DNA of 64,000 nucleotides, from assembly GCA_964016885.1 (NCBI GenBank), contig OZ024742.1:92132001-92196000 (forward strand), in the 5' to 3' direction. The position numbers and the translations under genes are program-made. This document shows positions 12,173 through 23,797 of this stretch, one piece after another. Every line of letters begins with the position of its first letter. Position 1 is the first letter of the stretch. The DNA is from Eledone cirrhosa. Its lineage: Eukaryota. The notes beneath the pieces were generated by a model, which was given only the letters and a program-made list of their open reading frames with translations, ran no database searches and was not told the origin of the DNA.

Positions 12173-13746
12173 TAAGTGAATTATTGACGGACGTAAGAAT
12201 GAAAACTCAATATCGAAGTAGAGTTTAAATATTCATTTATTAAGACTAAGTAATGAGCCTTGTTACTCTGGAGTTTCACCTCCGTACTCACAGGACCATC
12301 AGATAAGACTAGTGATCCTCTGGGTGCGCAGGGGAAACTTTAGAGTAACAAAGCTCACCAATAGCCATAATAAATGAATGTGTGTGTGTGTGTATATATA
12401 TATATATACAGAGAGAGAGAGAGAGAAATATATATATATATATATATACAGAGAGAGAGAGAGAGAAATATATGTAGGAGATGAATAAATTGAGTATAAT
12501 TGCAGCTTCTTACCAAATGCGAAGAAGCTCGATATATTATCTCCTTAGGAAATGATACAGAGCACAATTTAAAAAAAATTATATATATACATTCCCAAAT
12601 TTTCTTTTCTCGTTTTGCATCATACATATATACAGTAGTGGACTGGCCAGGTTGCTAGGTTTCCCAATGGCAAGTGGCCCCCATGGGTCCCACGGTGACA
12701 TTGCAAGAGCCCACAGTTGCAATGCAGGGCCCACTGTAGTATTTTAGGGCCCAATGCCTTGCTTTAAAACAATGCCTGAAATCTAAGAGAAAGAAAAGAA
12801 AATGTTTAAATAAATAAAACAATTAAGCAAAGCATTTGGTCAACCAATTCCCTAGGGTATTACTAGAAACCAAAATATACGATAATGCAAATAGCTGGAA
12901 TCAATGGTTGTACATTCTATTAAATCTAAAGCTTAGTGTATTCAATCAAGCATACAAACATACATAGATACAGACACACAAGCATATACGTATCTATATA
13001 CTTACACACAGAGTGGCGGACTAGGTCTAAAAATATTTGTTGCCAGAAACTATAATAAAGTAACGCGTGCGGGACTGCATCCAGAATATATTTTTTTATC
13101 CCGTCTGTAAAATAAGTTGGATTACTTTGAATAAATAATTAATGAATATTACATAATTTATCTACTAAATTTCGTGGCTGTTCATTAAATATATTTTATT
13201 ACTTAAAGATTTTCTTTAAAATGTTCAAATGTCAACACTTCCGGTTAGCGATCGCGATTCATATATTTCCATCACTAATTTTCTCCTAATGCAGTTTATA
13301 TATAATATCGTCTTTTTTTAATGTATCATGGATTACGTTACTGATTACGTAAGAGAATGTAACGCAGTCTTCGTTCAATTTCTGTGTATATTGTCAATTA
13401 CGGTTTTATTTGATTATCATATCTACATGCATATATACTTGCGTATAATATCAATATGCACACTACACACGCTAGCAGAAATCCACCCAAAGGGTGATTT
13501 TTCTGCTAGTATATATAATGCCAATCATTGTAAGTTTGAATCTAACTGACATGCAAAAACATATATATAGGAATAAGTTAAGCCCAAATCATAGTAGATT
13601 CAAATATCACTGAGAAAAAGAGAGAGAGGGGGAAGGGGGGAATGAGGTGGAACAGAAATGAAACATGGATTACAGGTTAGAATGTAGTCTAGATAGATGA
13701 GAAACAAAACGAGGATGTAGTTTATGGAACAGCCAAATGATTTAGA

Positions 13747-14210
13747 AGTCGACTTTAAGTAGGAGCAATAACATTAAGAAAGACATGAACGACACAATAT
13801 CATTTTGTATTGAACATTTTGAAAGTAAGGTTACAAGTATGAATTTTCACGAGATTATCATAGTTGTCTCTGTGACCTATCTCTGTGGCCTAGTGGTAGG
13901 TACTAGAGACGGTGGAGATCTTGGCTTTGGGTTCAATCCTGGTCAAGATGTACATGTAACATTTTTCAGTTTTTATTTTACAACCCATAGATAAAAACTG
14001 AAAAGGTTTACCGGGAACCCTACTCCCGACCAGGATCAAACTACGGGCCAGGATCACCACCGTCTATGATCCCTCCAACTAGGCCACTGAGACAACTACA
14101 AAAGTATAATGAAAATTAATAATTTTTAACCTCCTTTGAAAATCAAACTTAAAACGATATGTTATCGTTCATGGCTTTCCTAGAACTATTAGTAATATTT
14201 TGGGTCGACT
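13747..14210. mobile_element. Imperfect palindromic element with two inward-facing tRNA-like heads; partial second copy at 15780-16065
   Basis: Arms of ~230 bp are mutually complementary. A-box-like tggcctagtgg (13886) and B-box-like ggttcaatcc (13930) are mirrored on the minus strand. Confidence 0.6.
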
Positions 14211-14359
14211 TGTCAATCTTCTGGCCCTTTGGTAACAACCCTATCATTCTTATGTGGGTTTAACTGTTGAATTAATTTAATTTGATTATTTTAACAAACA
14301 AATAATATATATATATATATAGAGATTACAATAATCAAAGTTCAGTTTAAGTCATTTAT

Positions 14360-14408
14360 TTGCTTACAATTGTTTCCTCCAAACCGAGGTTTGGATTCTT
14401 CGGAGCAA
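14360..14408 (-). ncRNA. Minimal type I hammerhead ribozyme (C4 core variant)
   Basis: Minus strand: ttgct CCGAAGA atccaaacctcggtttggag GAAA CAATTG TA agcaa. Perfect stem I, hairpin stem II, palindromic stem III ACAATTGT. Confidence 0.7.
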
Positions 14409-15305
14409 CTATTTACTGATCTATAACATACTTGACCTCCTTTTCAACCCAAGAGACATATAAAACATATGCGCATATTGATCAACAGTGGGGTGACATT
14501 CCTCAAATGATATAGCATGGCAATTTACATATACAGGTTACAGGATAAAAATAAAAATAAAAATAAAAACAAAAATGAAAATAAAGATAAACATGAAGCG
14601 TTGGCAGTCTATGAAGATAAAGCAAGAGGAAAGTTTAGAGTAGTCTGTGTATGAAACAATCTCACGTGTAGCATGCACGCGTGTCTTATTTATACATGAT
14701 TAGAGTGCGTCAGAATGATATTTGCAGGGTCAGGCAGTTGAAGCAGGCAATCGATCTTATTATGTGGGCTGAATTATTAAGTCATTTATTCGCATACATC
14801 TGTATGATATACAGTCCCGGATGCAGGGAAACACCAAAATATCAGAAACTTTCAACATACTATAAACCTTATTGTATCGTAGGCAAAGCCGTACCACTGT
14901 CTTCGCTCACCACTCACATAATCCATGAGACGCAATATATAGAACACGTGTCTATCGTATAACTCACGATGGTTCGGCATATAATCAAGTTATATACCGT
15001 ATCTAGTCGGTTCTTAATTAATAGATCATGCTGTTTAGATTCCGGAAGTGTCTGAATGACTAAGGGGAGTTAAAGCGTAAGGGGAAGTAACTAGCTAGTT
15101 ATCTTAGTTAAATTATTATCCTAAACTACATTAATGGTGATTCAAATACGTGCCTATCATATGAAGTTATAACTAATTTCTAGAGTATGTTTCCCATTTA
15201 TAGGTTAGAGAGTTGTCCAATATGAAGTACAAGGGTGTATATATTAGGGTGATTACCATCCATTAAGGGGTGTCATATCTGAACATTCTATTAATATACT
15301 GTATA

Positions 15306-15775
15306 TATATATATGAATGTATGTATAGTATATTTGGCAATGTACCGTATGTTTAATTAAAAACATGTTTGAAGACCTTGCGCTATCATTTTTAAAGTAG
15401 TGACTATGTCACTTACTTCTTTTTTTTTCGGCAAAAGATGGGAGAGAACCTAACAGAGTCTGTTTCACACTGTTGGTTATCCTCAGAGCAAATCATAGAA
15501 GCTGGATTCTTATAGAATTCCAGTAATAATCAGGAGCTGATTATACAGAGCGATTGCCAGTCCAGCAAAAATTAGGTATTAGGATTGGTGCTCTGAAATA
15601 GCGATGTATACATGAATGTATGTATAGTATATTTGGCAATATACCGTATGTTTAATTAAAAACATGATAGCGCAAGGTCTTCAAAATGTTTTTAATTAAA
15701 CATACAGTATATTGCCAAATATACTATACATACATTCATGTATGTATAGCATATTTCAGAGCACCAATCCTAATA
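15306..15775 (-). mobile_element. ~300-bp hammerhead-bearing repeat family, locus A (tandem + inverted)
   Basis: atgaatgtatgtatagtatatttggcaa recurs with ~299-bp spacing, followed by an inverted segment. Degenerate hammerhead CTGAGGA...GAAACAGACTCTG at 15447-15489 (minus). Confidence 0.75.
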
Positions 15776-16600
15776 TATACGATCCTGGCCTTGAGTTCAA
15801 TCCTGGTCAAGAGGTACATGTAACCTTTTTCAGTTTTTATTTTATAACCCATAGAAAAAAACTGAAAAGACCCTACTCCCGACCAGGATCGAACTTCAGA
15901 CCAGGATCACCACCGTCTATGATTCCTCTAACTAGGTCACCGAGACCGCTACAATAGTACAATGAAAATTGATAATTATAAACCTACTTTCAAAATCAAA
16001 GTTAAAAGTTGTGGTGTCGTTCATGGCTCTCCTAGAGCTATTAGTAATATTTAGGGTCAACTTCTGTCATTATTGAAAGTCTCTGGATTTCGCAAAATAC
16101 ATATTTTTTATTGGAGAAGGTAAGATATTTTTCCGCAAAAATTTGATTGCAATGTTTTGTTTCCTCTTATGTATTTTTTTATGCATTTTTTTTTTTTTTT
16201 TGTATTTTTATTCATTATAAAAACTAAGTGATAGCATTCTATATGTAGGTGGGCCCCCTTCATCTCCTGGCAACCAATATTTTTAGACCCAGTCCGCCAC
16301 TGCATATACACCTGTAAGATTTACGTCTAATTTGCTCAACTTCTACACCCACACAATTAGTTGTTCAGCACCCATCATTTAGTTGTTCTCCAACACATCT
16401 AATTACTTGTCCTCAAATATTATTTACATGTCACGTTCCCATCCCCATTCTTAACCCAGGTATACTTACAGCCTGTCTCAATCTACAAACCCATAAACGT
16501 CATTCCCACCATTTCACATTTGCGCGGCGTACATACACGCATACACATATACATAATACACACTCATACACATATATGTACACACATACATACATAAACA

Positions 16601-16650
16601 CATACATACATACATACATACATACATACATACATACATACATACATACA

Positions 16651-16680
<30 letters not shown>
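16601..16680. repeat. (CATA)n microsatellite, 5' flank of the RLE LINE
   Basis: Read directly. Confidence 0.95.
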
Positions 16681-16681
<1 letters not shown>

Positions 16682-19132
16682 CTTACTGACCTCTACCAAC
16701 AAGTTCTTAAGGGAGATACACTTATACCAGAATGGTTGACATTAGCACACATGTTACTGGTCCCCAAGAACAAAGATACCCACTTGGCAAAAAACTACCG
16801 ACCCATTGCATGCCAGAACCTGATGTATAAGATGTATACAGCCTGCCTCAACCTATTCCTCCAAGATCACCGTGAAAATAATAACATCATCACAGATGAA
16901 CAAGCAGCTGGAAAGAAAAGGGTTTGGGATGTGCTGAACAACTCCTAATCAACAAAACTGCGATGTCGGAGGTGCGACAACTTAGGAGGAATATGATTAC
17001 AGTCTGGCTGGACTACAAGAAAGCTTTTGATTCTGTTCCCCACTCTTGGATGATAGAGGCCCTCCAACTTGCTAAAGTCCCAGACATTATTGTCAGAGCC
17101 ATAGAGAGGCTCTCTTCTTCTTGGGCTACTATCCTAAGGTTAAAGACAGAGAGGGAGGACTCTATTTTCACTGATAAAATAAAATATTGCAGGGGTATAT
17201 TTCAGGGGGACAGTCTCTCTGTGATATTGTTCATCTTGTCATTAAACCCCTTGTCCTTTCTGCTCAAGAAATGTGAGGGATACATCATTAGCTCACAGGA
17301 GGACAGAAATACGAACCTAACCCATAACTTCTTTGTGGACGATCTGAAACTCTATGCCAAGAACATGGATGGGATGAAGAAAAATCTTGACCTGGTTACA
17401 ATGTTCTCAAAGGATATAGGAATGGAGTTTGGCCAAGATAAATGCTCATACATGACTGTAAAGCGGGGAAAAACAACAACCCAATCTAGCAACATTGTCA
17501 TCAATGGTCTAATTGTTTCACCGATATCTGATGAGGACTGCTTCAGATACCTGGGGATAGATGAGAACATATCCTATAATGGTATCTGTAATAAAGAACG
17601 CGTAACCAGGGAATACTACACCCGATTAAGAAAGACCTGGTCATCGGAACTCTCTGAGCAAAACAAAACAATGGCTCACAATGTGTTTGCTGTGCCTGTC
17701 CTAACACCAACGTTTGGAATACTCAATTGGACGATAGACGAAATCCAAGCAGTTGATGTTGGTACTCGAAAAATACTGAACAACACGGGAAACTTCCACA
17801 TCAACAGTGACATAGACCGCCTTTACTTGAAGCGTAAGCAGGGAGGCAGAGGCCTGACATCAGTCCAGACAACATTTGAATGTCGCATCATATCTCTCCG
17901 ACAACATCTACGAACCTCGAAGCGTAGGAGCCCGCTTCTCGAGCAAGTCTATCTGCATGAAACAGATAAGATCATGAGAGTTGGGAAGGAACTCCTTGAG
18001 AGATATTACCTGTGTGATAATCAAAAACTCACACCCAGGGATGTCGCTCAGCAGTATCGCAGTGAATCAATAGATGAAAAACTGTATGCCTATCAGCAAA
18101 AAATCATGCATGGATATGTTGCCAGGAAGCTCCAGAGTGAGAGTAATATAGATAAGGAAAGTAGTCTATCTTGGGCCAACAACCGCTATATTGGCTCTCA
18201 CTTTGAAGGATACGATTTTGCAATCCAAGAACAGGAGATTAGCACGAAATACCTGATTCACAAAAGAGATAGGGATGCAGGCAAAACACCTAGATGTGAT
18301 AACAAGTGCAGACTCTGCAGAACTAACACCGAGGATATCACCCATGTCATCAGCAGCTGCCCAAAGATGTCATCGCGGTACTATCTACCTATGAGGCATG
18401 ATGTAGTGGCCAAAACACTGTACAATGCAGTTCGTAAAAAAGATAGCCCCGATAATAAACACATTAAAAGCTACAACAATGTGGAAGATATCCATGTACA
18501 TAATATGAAAGAGTACTGGTGGAATGTTCCAGTAAAAACCCCAATAAAATGCAAGCATAACAGACCAGATATTATGATATGGGACAGGGAGAAGAAAACA
18601 TGCACAGTAGTGGAAATTAGCTGCCCAGCAGATGCCAATATAATATCAAAGATTAGTGAAAAGGAGAATATTTATGCAGAACTGATGAGAAATCTGCAGA
18701 TACTCCACCCTGATTACACCTTCAGATTTATGCCTGTGATGGTTGGGGCACTGGGATATGTTAGTAACTGCCTCAATACAAATCTTGAGAAGCTAGGCTT
18801 CACAGGAACAGGAAGAACACAACTAGTTAGGAAATTACAAGTACAATCCATTAATGGAACAGTAAAAATATGTAAAACATTCCAAAAATGTTGCATCTAA
18901 TAACTGCATATACACATGTACAGATACAAAGCATATACACATGCACACATACAACTCAAAACATACACATCCACAAATACAATAACATCCATATCTACAC
19001 ATGCATGCAGACATACATACATATCTACCTAGTTGATGTTGTGTAAATTCCAATGAGAGAGTCTTGTGTCTATGTTAGAAACCGACTCTCTCTCTATTGG
19101 TAAAACTTTGTGAAATTATAAAACCAGAAGAA
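16681..19132 (+). mobile_element. 5'-truncated R4/Dong-clade non-LTR retrotransposon (RT + restriction-like endonuclease)
   Basis: Begins mid-RT immediately after (CATA)n and ends at (CATA)5; the 3' UTR runs from 18901 to 19132. Confidence 0.9.
16682..18900 (+). pseudogene. RT-RLE polyprotein, truncated, one frameshift near 16920
   Basis: Motifs NYRPIAC, LDYKKAFDSVPH, GIFQGDSLS, FVDDLK, CCHC knuckle CRLC...HVISSC, RHD, and RPDI...VEISCP (PD-(D/E)xK nuclease). Confidence 0.9.
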
Positions 19133-19310
19133 CATACATACATACATACATATTTTGAAAATCTGATTGCTAAGTACATTGTAATTATTAGAAATGTAGA
19201 AATCTGAAACAAAGAAAAGAACTGTCGATTTCTATAAATAATTGTTTCTACTTTTGGCACAAGGCCAACAATTACCCAGTACATTACTGGTACTTTATTT
19301 CTATAAATAA

Positions 19311-19806
19311 CTAGCAGTGGTACCCGGCGTTGCACGGGATAAGGTATTTTGGAAGGCGGGCCGCCAACAGACCTAATCGTGGAAAAACTGCATGCTCCGA
19401 CAATATGTAAAGAAAATAAACCGAATACTCTGATGACTGGATAATCTTAAAGATTTTCCTCAATGAAGCAGGAAAAATGCAGACACACACACAGAGACAG
19501 ACATCTTCAGGGAAGTGACGTAATGCAGACAGCCAGACATACAGACAGATATTAAAAGGGCGCGACGTTATATGTATGTATCTATCTAAAAAGAGAAAGA
19601 CTAAGAATTATAGAGAGAGATCGCTAAATCGCCTAATGTGGTCCCTAGGGTATTGAAAATTTGAAATTTGTTTTACTCAGAACACTCGCTGAAACATAAG
19701 TATTACATGTGTAAAGTTTGAAAACAGTCGGTTGGGTGGTTCTCGAGTTTTAGGGATTCAAACTCACACACACACAGACAGACATCCTCAGTTTTATATA
19801 TATAGA
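19311..19806 (-). mobile_element. Non-autonomous Helitron
   Basis: On the minus strand it starts TCtatatatataaaa...gtctgtctg and ends with hairpin cccgtgcaacgccggg plus CTAG followed by T. It abuts a truncated SINE fragment at 19236-19300. Confidence 0.75.
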
Positions 19807-19843
19807 CTAGCAGAAAACAACTTGGAAGGCGGTTTTCTGCTAG

Positions 19844-19985
19844 TCTATATATCTAAACCAGAGAATGTCTGTCTGTCTGTCAGCTCACTAAAACTTGAGA
19901 ACCATCCAACCGATTGTTTTCAAACTTTAGACATGTAATACTTATGGTCTTGTGAGTGTTTTGAGCAAACATTATTTCAAATTTC
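19844..19985 (+). mobile_element. Helitron 5' fragment, inverted relative to 19311-19806
   Basis: TCtatatatctaaa...gtctgtctgtc...ccgattgttttcaaactt mirrors 19670-19806. Confidence 0.65.
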
Positions 19986-20090
19986 AATGGCTTCGTTTCA
20001 GTGGCGTGAATAGGTATTCGACAACTAGAAATAGCAGTCAATTCCCTTCAACAGAGTTAGCTCTACAATTAAGGAGCAGTATTATATATC

Positions 20091-20259
20091 TATATCCAAA
20101 ATTAAGATAGATTAAAAGAATTCAATCAGAATCGAAATTATGGGTGTCATTCCTTAACGGAATGCGCCATATCGCCGATGGGCGATATGGCGCATTCCGT
20201 TAAGGAATGACACCCATAATTTCGATTGTGATTGAATTCTTTTAATCTATCTTAATTTT

Positions 20260-20266
<7 letters not shown>
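20091..20266. repeat. Near-perfect ~86-bp-arm palindrome flanked by (TA)n
   Basis: Arms are complementary with one mismatch; the 4-nt loop is at 20177-20180. Confidence 0.9.
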
Positions 20267-20311
<45 letters not shown>

Positions 20312-20457
20312 GGTGGAGCAATGAAAAAGTTAATTTATTCATTGTTTTACTCTTTTACGATCGTTTCATATGCCAAAAACATTGTGATATTCACATCAAA
20401 TACATCAAAACTACTTTGAGTTCTAAATCTACCTTAAGTGGTTAGAACATTAATCAG

Positions 20458-20578
<121 letters not shown>

Positions 20579-20944
20579 GTGTGTACATTTGCTCCCCACA
20601 TCCTTTTTCCTATTAAAAAAAAATCATTACGGACGAATTAGCAACGTTGGTAGGGGTCTCAGATTAAATCCTTTCACATCCCACCAGGATCGACTCTATC
20701 TTTTATATCATACGTTTAATAAATAATACCAATCCAGGGCGTTGATCCTGGAGGTGTATTTTTTTTTTTTTTCGAACATTGTTTTTGCAGTATCTCATTC
20801 GGCTCAGGACGTTCTGAGTTCGAATCCCAGGTCCTTTTGATTGGAGTTGCGACAAGAAGAACGTATCTATGGGAACATAGATTCCTTTTTCTGATTGACT
20901 ACTGATTCCTTATTTACGGAACTAAGCATGACTGAATATTTAAG

Positions 20945-21183
20945 CAAGATGGTTGGATAATATCTATGAGCTTGGTTGGTCACGCTTGGGGATCCAACCG
21001 GACCAGTTGGAGACAGTTGCTTCTGACAGAACCCGTCGGAGGGGGTATTCGAGAACTATGCCCCCATGACACTCTCAAGAAGAAAAAGAAGAAGAAGAAG
21101 AAGAAGAAGAAGAAGAAGAAGAAGAAGAAGAAGAAGAAGAAGAAGAAGAAGAAGAAGAAGAAGAAGAAGAAGAAGAAGAAGAA
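20945..21183 (+). mobile_element. 3' end of RTE-like LINE with long (AAG)n tail
   Basis: atggttggataa...cgcttggggatc...cttctga matches 59974-60050; (AAG)n spans 21078-21183. Confidence 0.65.
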
Positions 21184-21493
21184 TCTTCACAATCATGAGG
21201 TTCCATGTTTGATCTGACAACTTGACATCTTGGACATCAATTAACATAGCATTAAGGCATTCCAAGCCTAGTGAGTGGAATAGTTGGACACTGTATGGAA
21301 GCCCACCCGATGTATTGTACATGTAATTCAAAGAACGTGTCTTGCCACTCTGGGACAACATGATTCTTGTTTAGAATTCCATTAAATGTACATGTAAGAG
21401 AAATATTCACCTACTTATAGTATAGTTCAATGAGATCCATTGATTTTGAGCTATTTTCATACTTGTAATTGAGTAATATTTATTATTACCCAC

Positions 21494-21542
<49 letters not shown>

Positions 21543-21548
<6 letters not shown>

Positions 21549-21872
21549 GATATTAATAAATAGAAACTATATTTATAAAACCATATTTATTTCATTATAC
21601 ATATTTCAAGGATACCACGTTAAATTATGGTATGCCTTCATCAGACAAAATACAATATATACCAGTTTTATAAATAAACATTGACGTACCCTTTCAAAAT
21701 GCGACCGTTACTTTTGGAAGACATCAGGATACTATCCTGATGTCTTCCAAAAGTATATATTGTATTTTGTCTGATGAAGGCATACCATAATTTAACATGG
21801 TATCCTTGAAATATGTATAATGAAATAAATATGGTTTTATAAATATAGTTTCCATTTATTAATATCGTATAT
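21543..21872. mobile_element. Fold-back insertion in (TA)n with two divergent hammerhead copies
   Basis: Outer arms of ~115 bp plus an inner 23-bp-arm hairpin at 21709-21755. Confidence 0.8.
21763..21827 (+). ncRNA. Type I hammerhead ribozyme (inverted twin at 21588-21652, minus)
   Basis: tattttgt CTGATGA aggcataccat...atggtatcctt GAAA TATGTA TA atgaaata. 8-bp stem I with two G-U pairs, canonical core. Confidence 0.72.
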
Positions 21873-21954
21873 TTACTCCAAATACTTGTTGAGTGCTTTA
21901 TATCAGTTATAAAAATATTTGCTTGTTGTATCCCAACAATTTAAATAGAACTTT

Positions 21955-22069
<115 letters not shown>

Positions 22070-22396
22070 CTTCCCGTCTATCTGTCTATAGATTGGGAGT
22101 TAACCAGTTTAGATTAGTAAGAACAGACGGCTGAGCTCACGCCGTTTCAACGACGAATAGAGAACGGAAGTATTTGTTTATTTTCAGCTATTTTCATACG
22201 GTTTCTTCAGGGGAAGGGATGTGTAAGGTATGTGGCAAAAAAGGTGTAGTTAGATGCAGGGGCGTAAAGTTACAGTGGGAACTATTGGAGGGGTGCTTTG
22301 GTCGATGCCTTCATAGTAACGAGGAGTCTGTTTCGATGTCGGTGTCCTTATGAGCAGGTGCGCTCCCGGCGCTTTGATGTATGCATTATTTACAAG

Positions 22397-22585
22397 GGCG
22401 GTGGATTGGCAGTATCGGTAAAGGGTCGGACGCCATGCTTTCCAGCATAGTTACGTCCCTTTACGATCTAAGTTCAAATCCCGCCGAGGTTAACTTTGCC
22501 TTTCATCCATACGGGGGTCGATAAAATAAAGTACCAGAAATGTACTGGTAATTGCTGGCCTTGTGCCAAAAGTACAAACAATTAT
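22397..22585 (+). mobile_element. Major-family SINE (full length)
   Basis: Close match to the copies at 2011 and 5237. Confidence 0.85.
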
Positions 22586-22819
22586 TTACTCTCTTTGAGT
22601 TGTGTGTGTGTGTGTGTGTGTGCACGTATGTGTGTAGCCTGGCTGGATGGCGCCTAGGTGTACTTTTCATTGTCAGCATTTAGGTGCATCTCTGCGTGCG
22701 CATGTGTTTGTTTGTATCTGAGTGTAATTGTGTAGTTTTTGTTTGATATCTGGTGGTCAAAAAATGTATGCACACTGATTAGAATGCTGTTGAGGTATGT
22801 ATACATTTTGGGGGGACGC

Positions 22820-22900
<81 letters not shown>

Positions 22901-23737
22901 ACATAAACTGTCTTTACTTTCAGCTAATTACTTTCTTTCCTTTTGTATTCTTGAGTACTTTTGCAATATTGTTATCCCCCAACTTTTTAACACACCACAC
23001 ACGCCCTACCTACTTCAATTTACTAATTACCCACCCAACAACATGTCTTCCCTACGTACCAACCTACCTATCAATATCGAATCTTGATAACTAACTATCT
23101 ACCTACCTGACTACTTAACTACCTCTGTCACTATCTATCTGTCTGTCTGTGTCTATCTATCTATCTATCTATCTACCTGTCAATATCTCTCTTCAAATAT
23201 CTGTCTATCTATTCACCTATCATTAAAACATACAGTAATACTCTAACAAATAATCTCAAGATTTCTTTTTAATTAAATCTCTAACAAGAATTGTTAGTCT
23301 TTTGTTTCTGTCAGTAGAACTATGAATATGAGATGGTGGCACTAGTGAACGATGGGGTGGGGCCAGGGCATTTTTAATTTCTTCTTTTTACAGTGTTGAT
23401 CATCGAATGAAAGAGGCAATGGAAAGAGGGATTGGCTGGGATGGGGTGTAGATATAATAGACAATGGATTTAAATAAAATTGCACTATAGAAAATGAACT
23501 GGCACGTCTAGTTTCCTTCTAACACAGAGGTTTGATGCGTCAAATGTACGATGTTGCATCTAATTTGCAATAAGCAATTATTCTTACATTTGTTCGTTCA
23601 CCTGTTCGTTCATTCATTCATTCATTCATTCCTTTATTCATTTATTCTCGTGTGGGAAGATTTATGAATATCATTGTGAACTATGAAAAACACGCCAATT
23701 TCGAATTAGGATGTTGCGTCGAAAACTCGTTTCCTTT

Positions 23738-23797
<60 letters not shown>

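Larger units (their letters stand above)
13011..16302. mobile_element. Non-autonomous hAT-like element with ~35-bp TIRs carrying nested insertions
   Basis: agtggcggactaggtctaaaaatatttgttgccag (13012) is the reverse complement of ctggcaaccaatatttttagacccagtccgccactg (ends 16302). CAGTGGCGG termini are typical of hAT elements. Confidence 0.6.
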
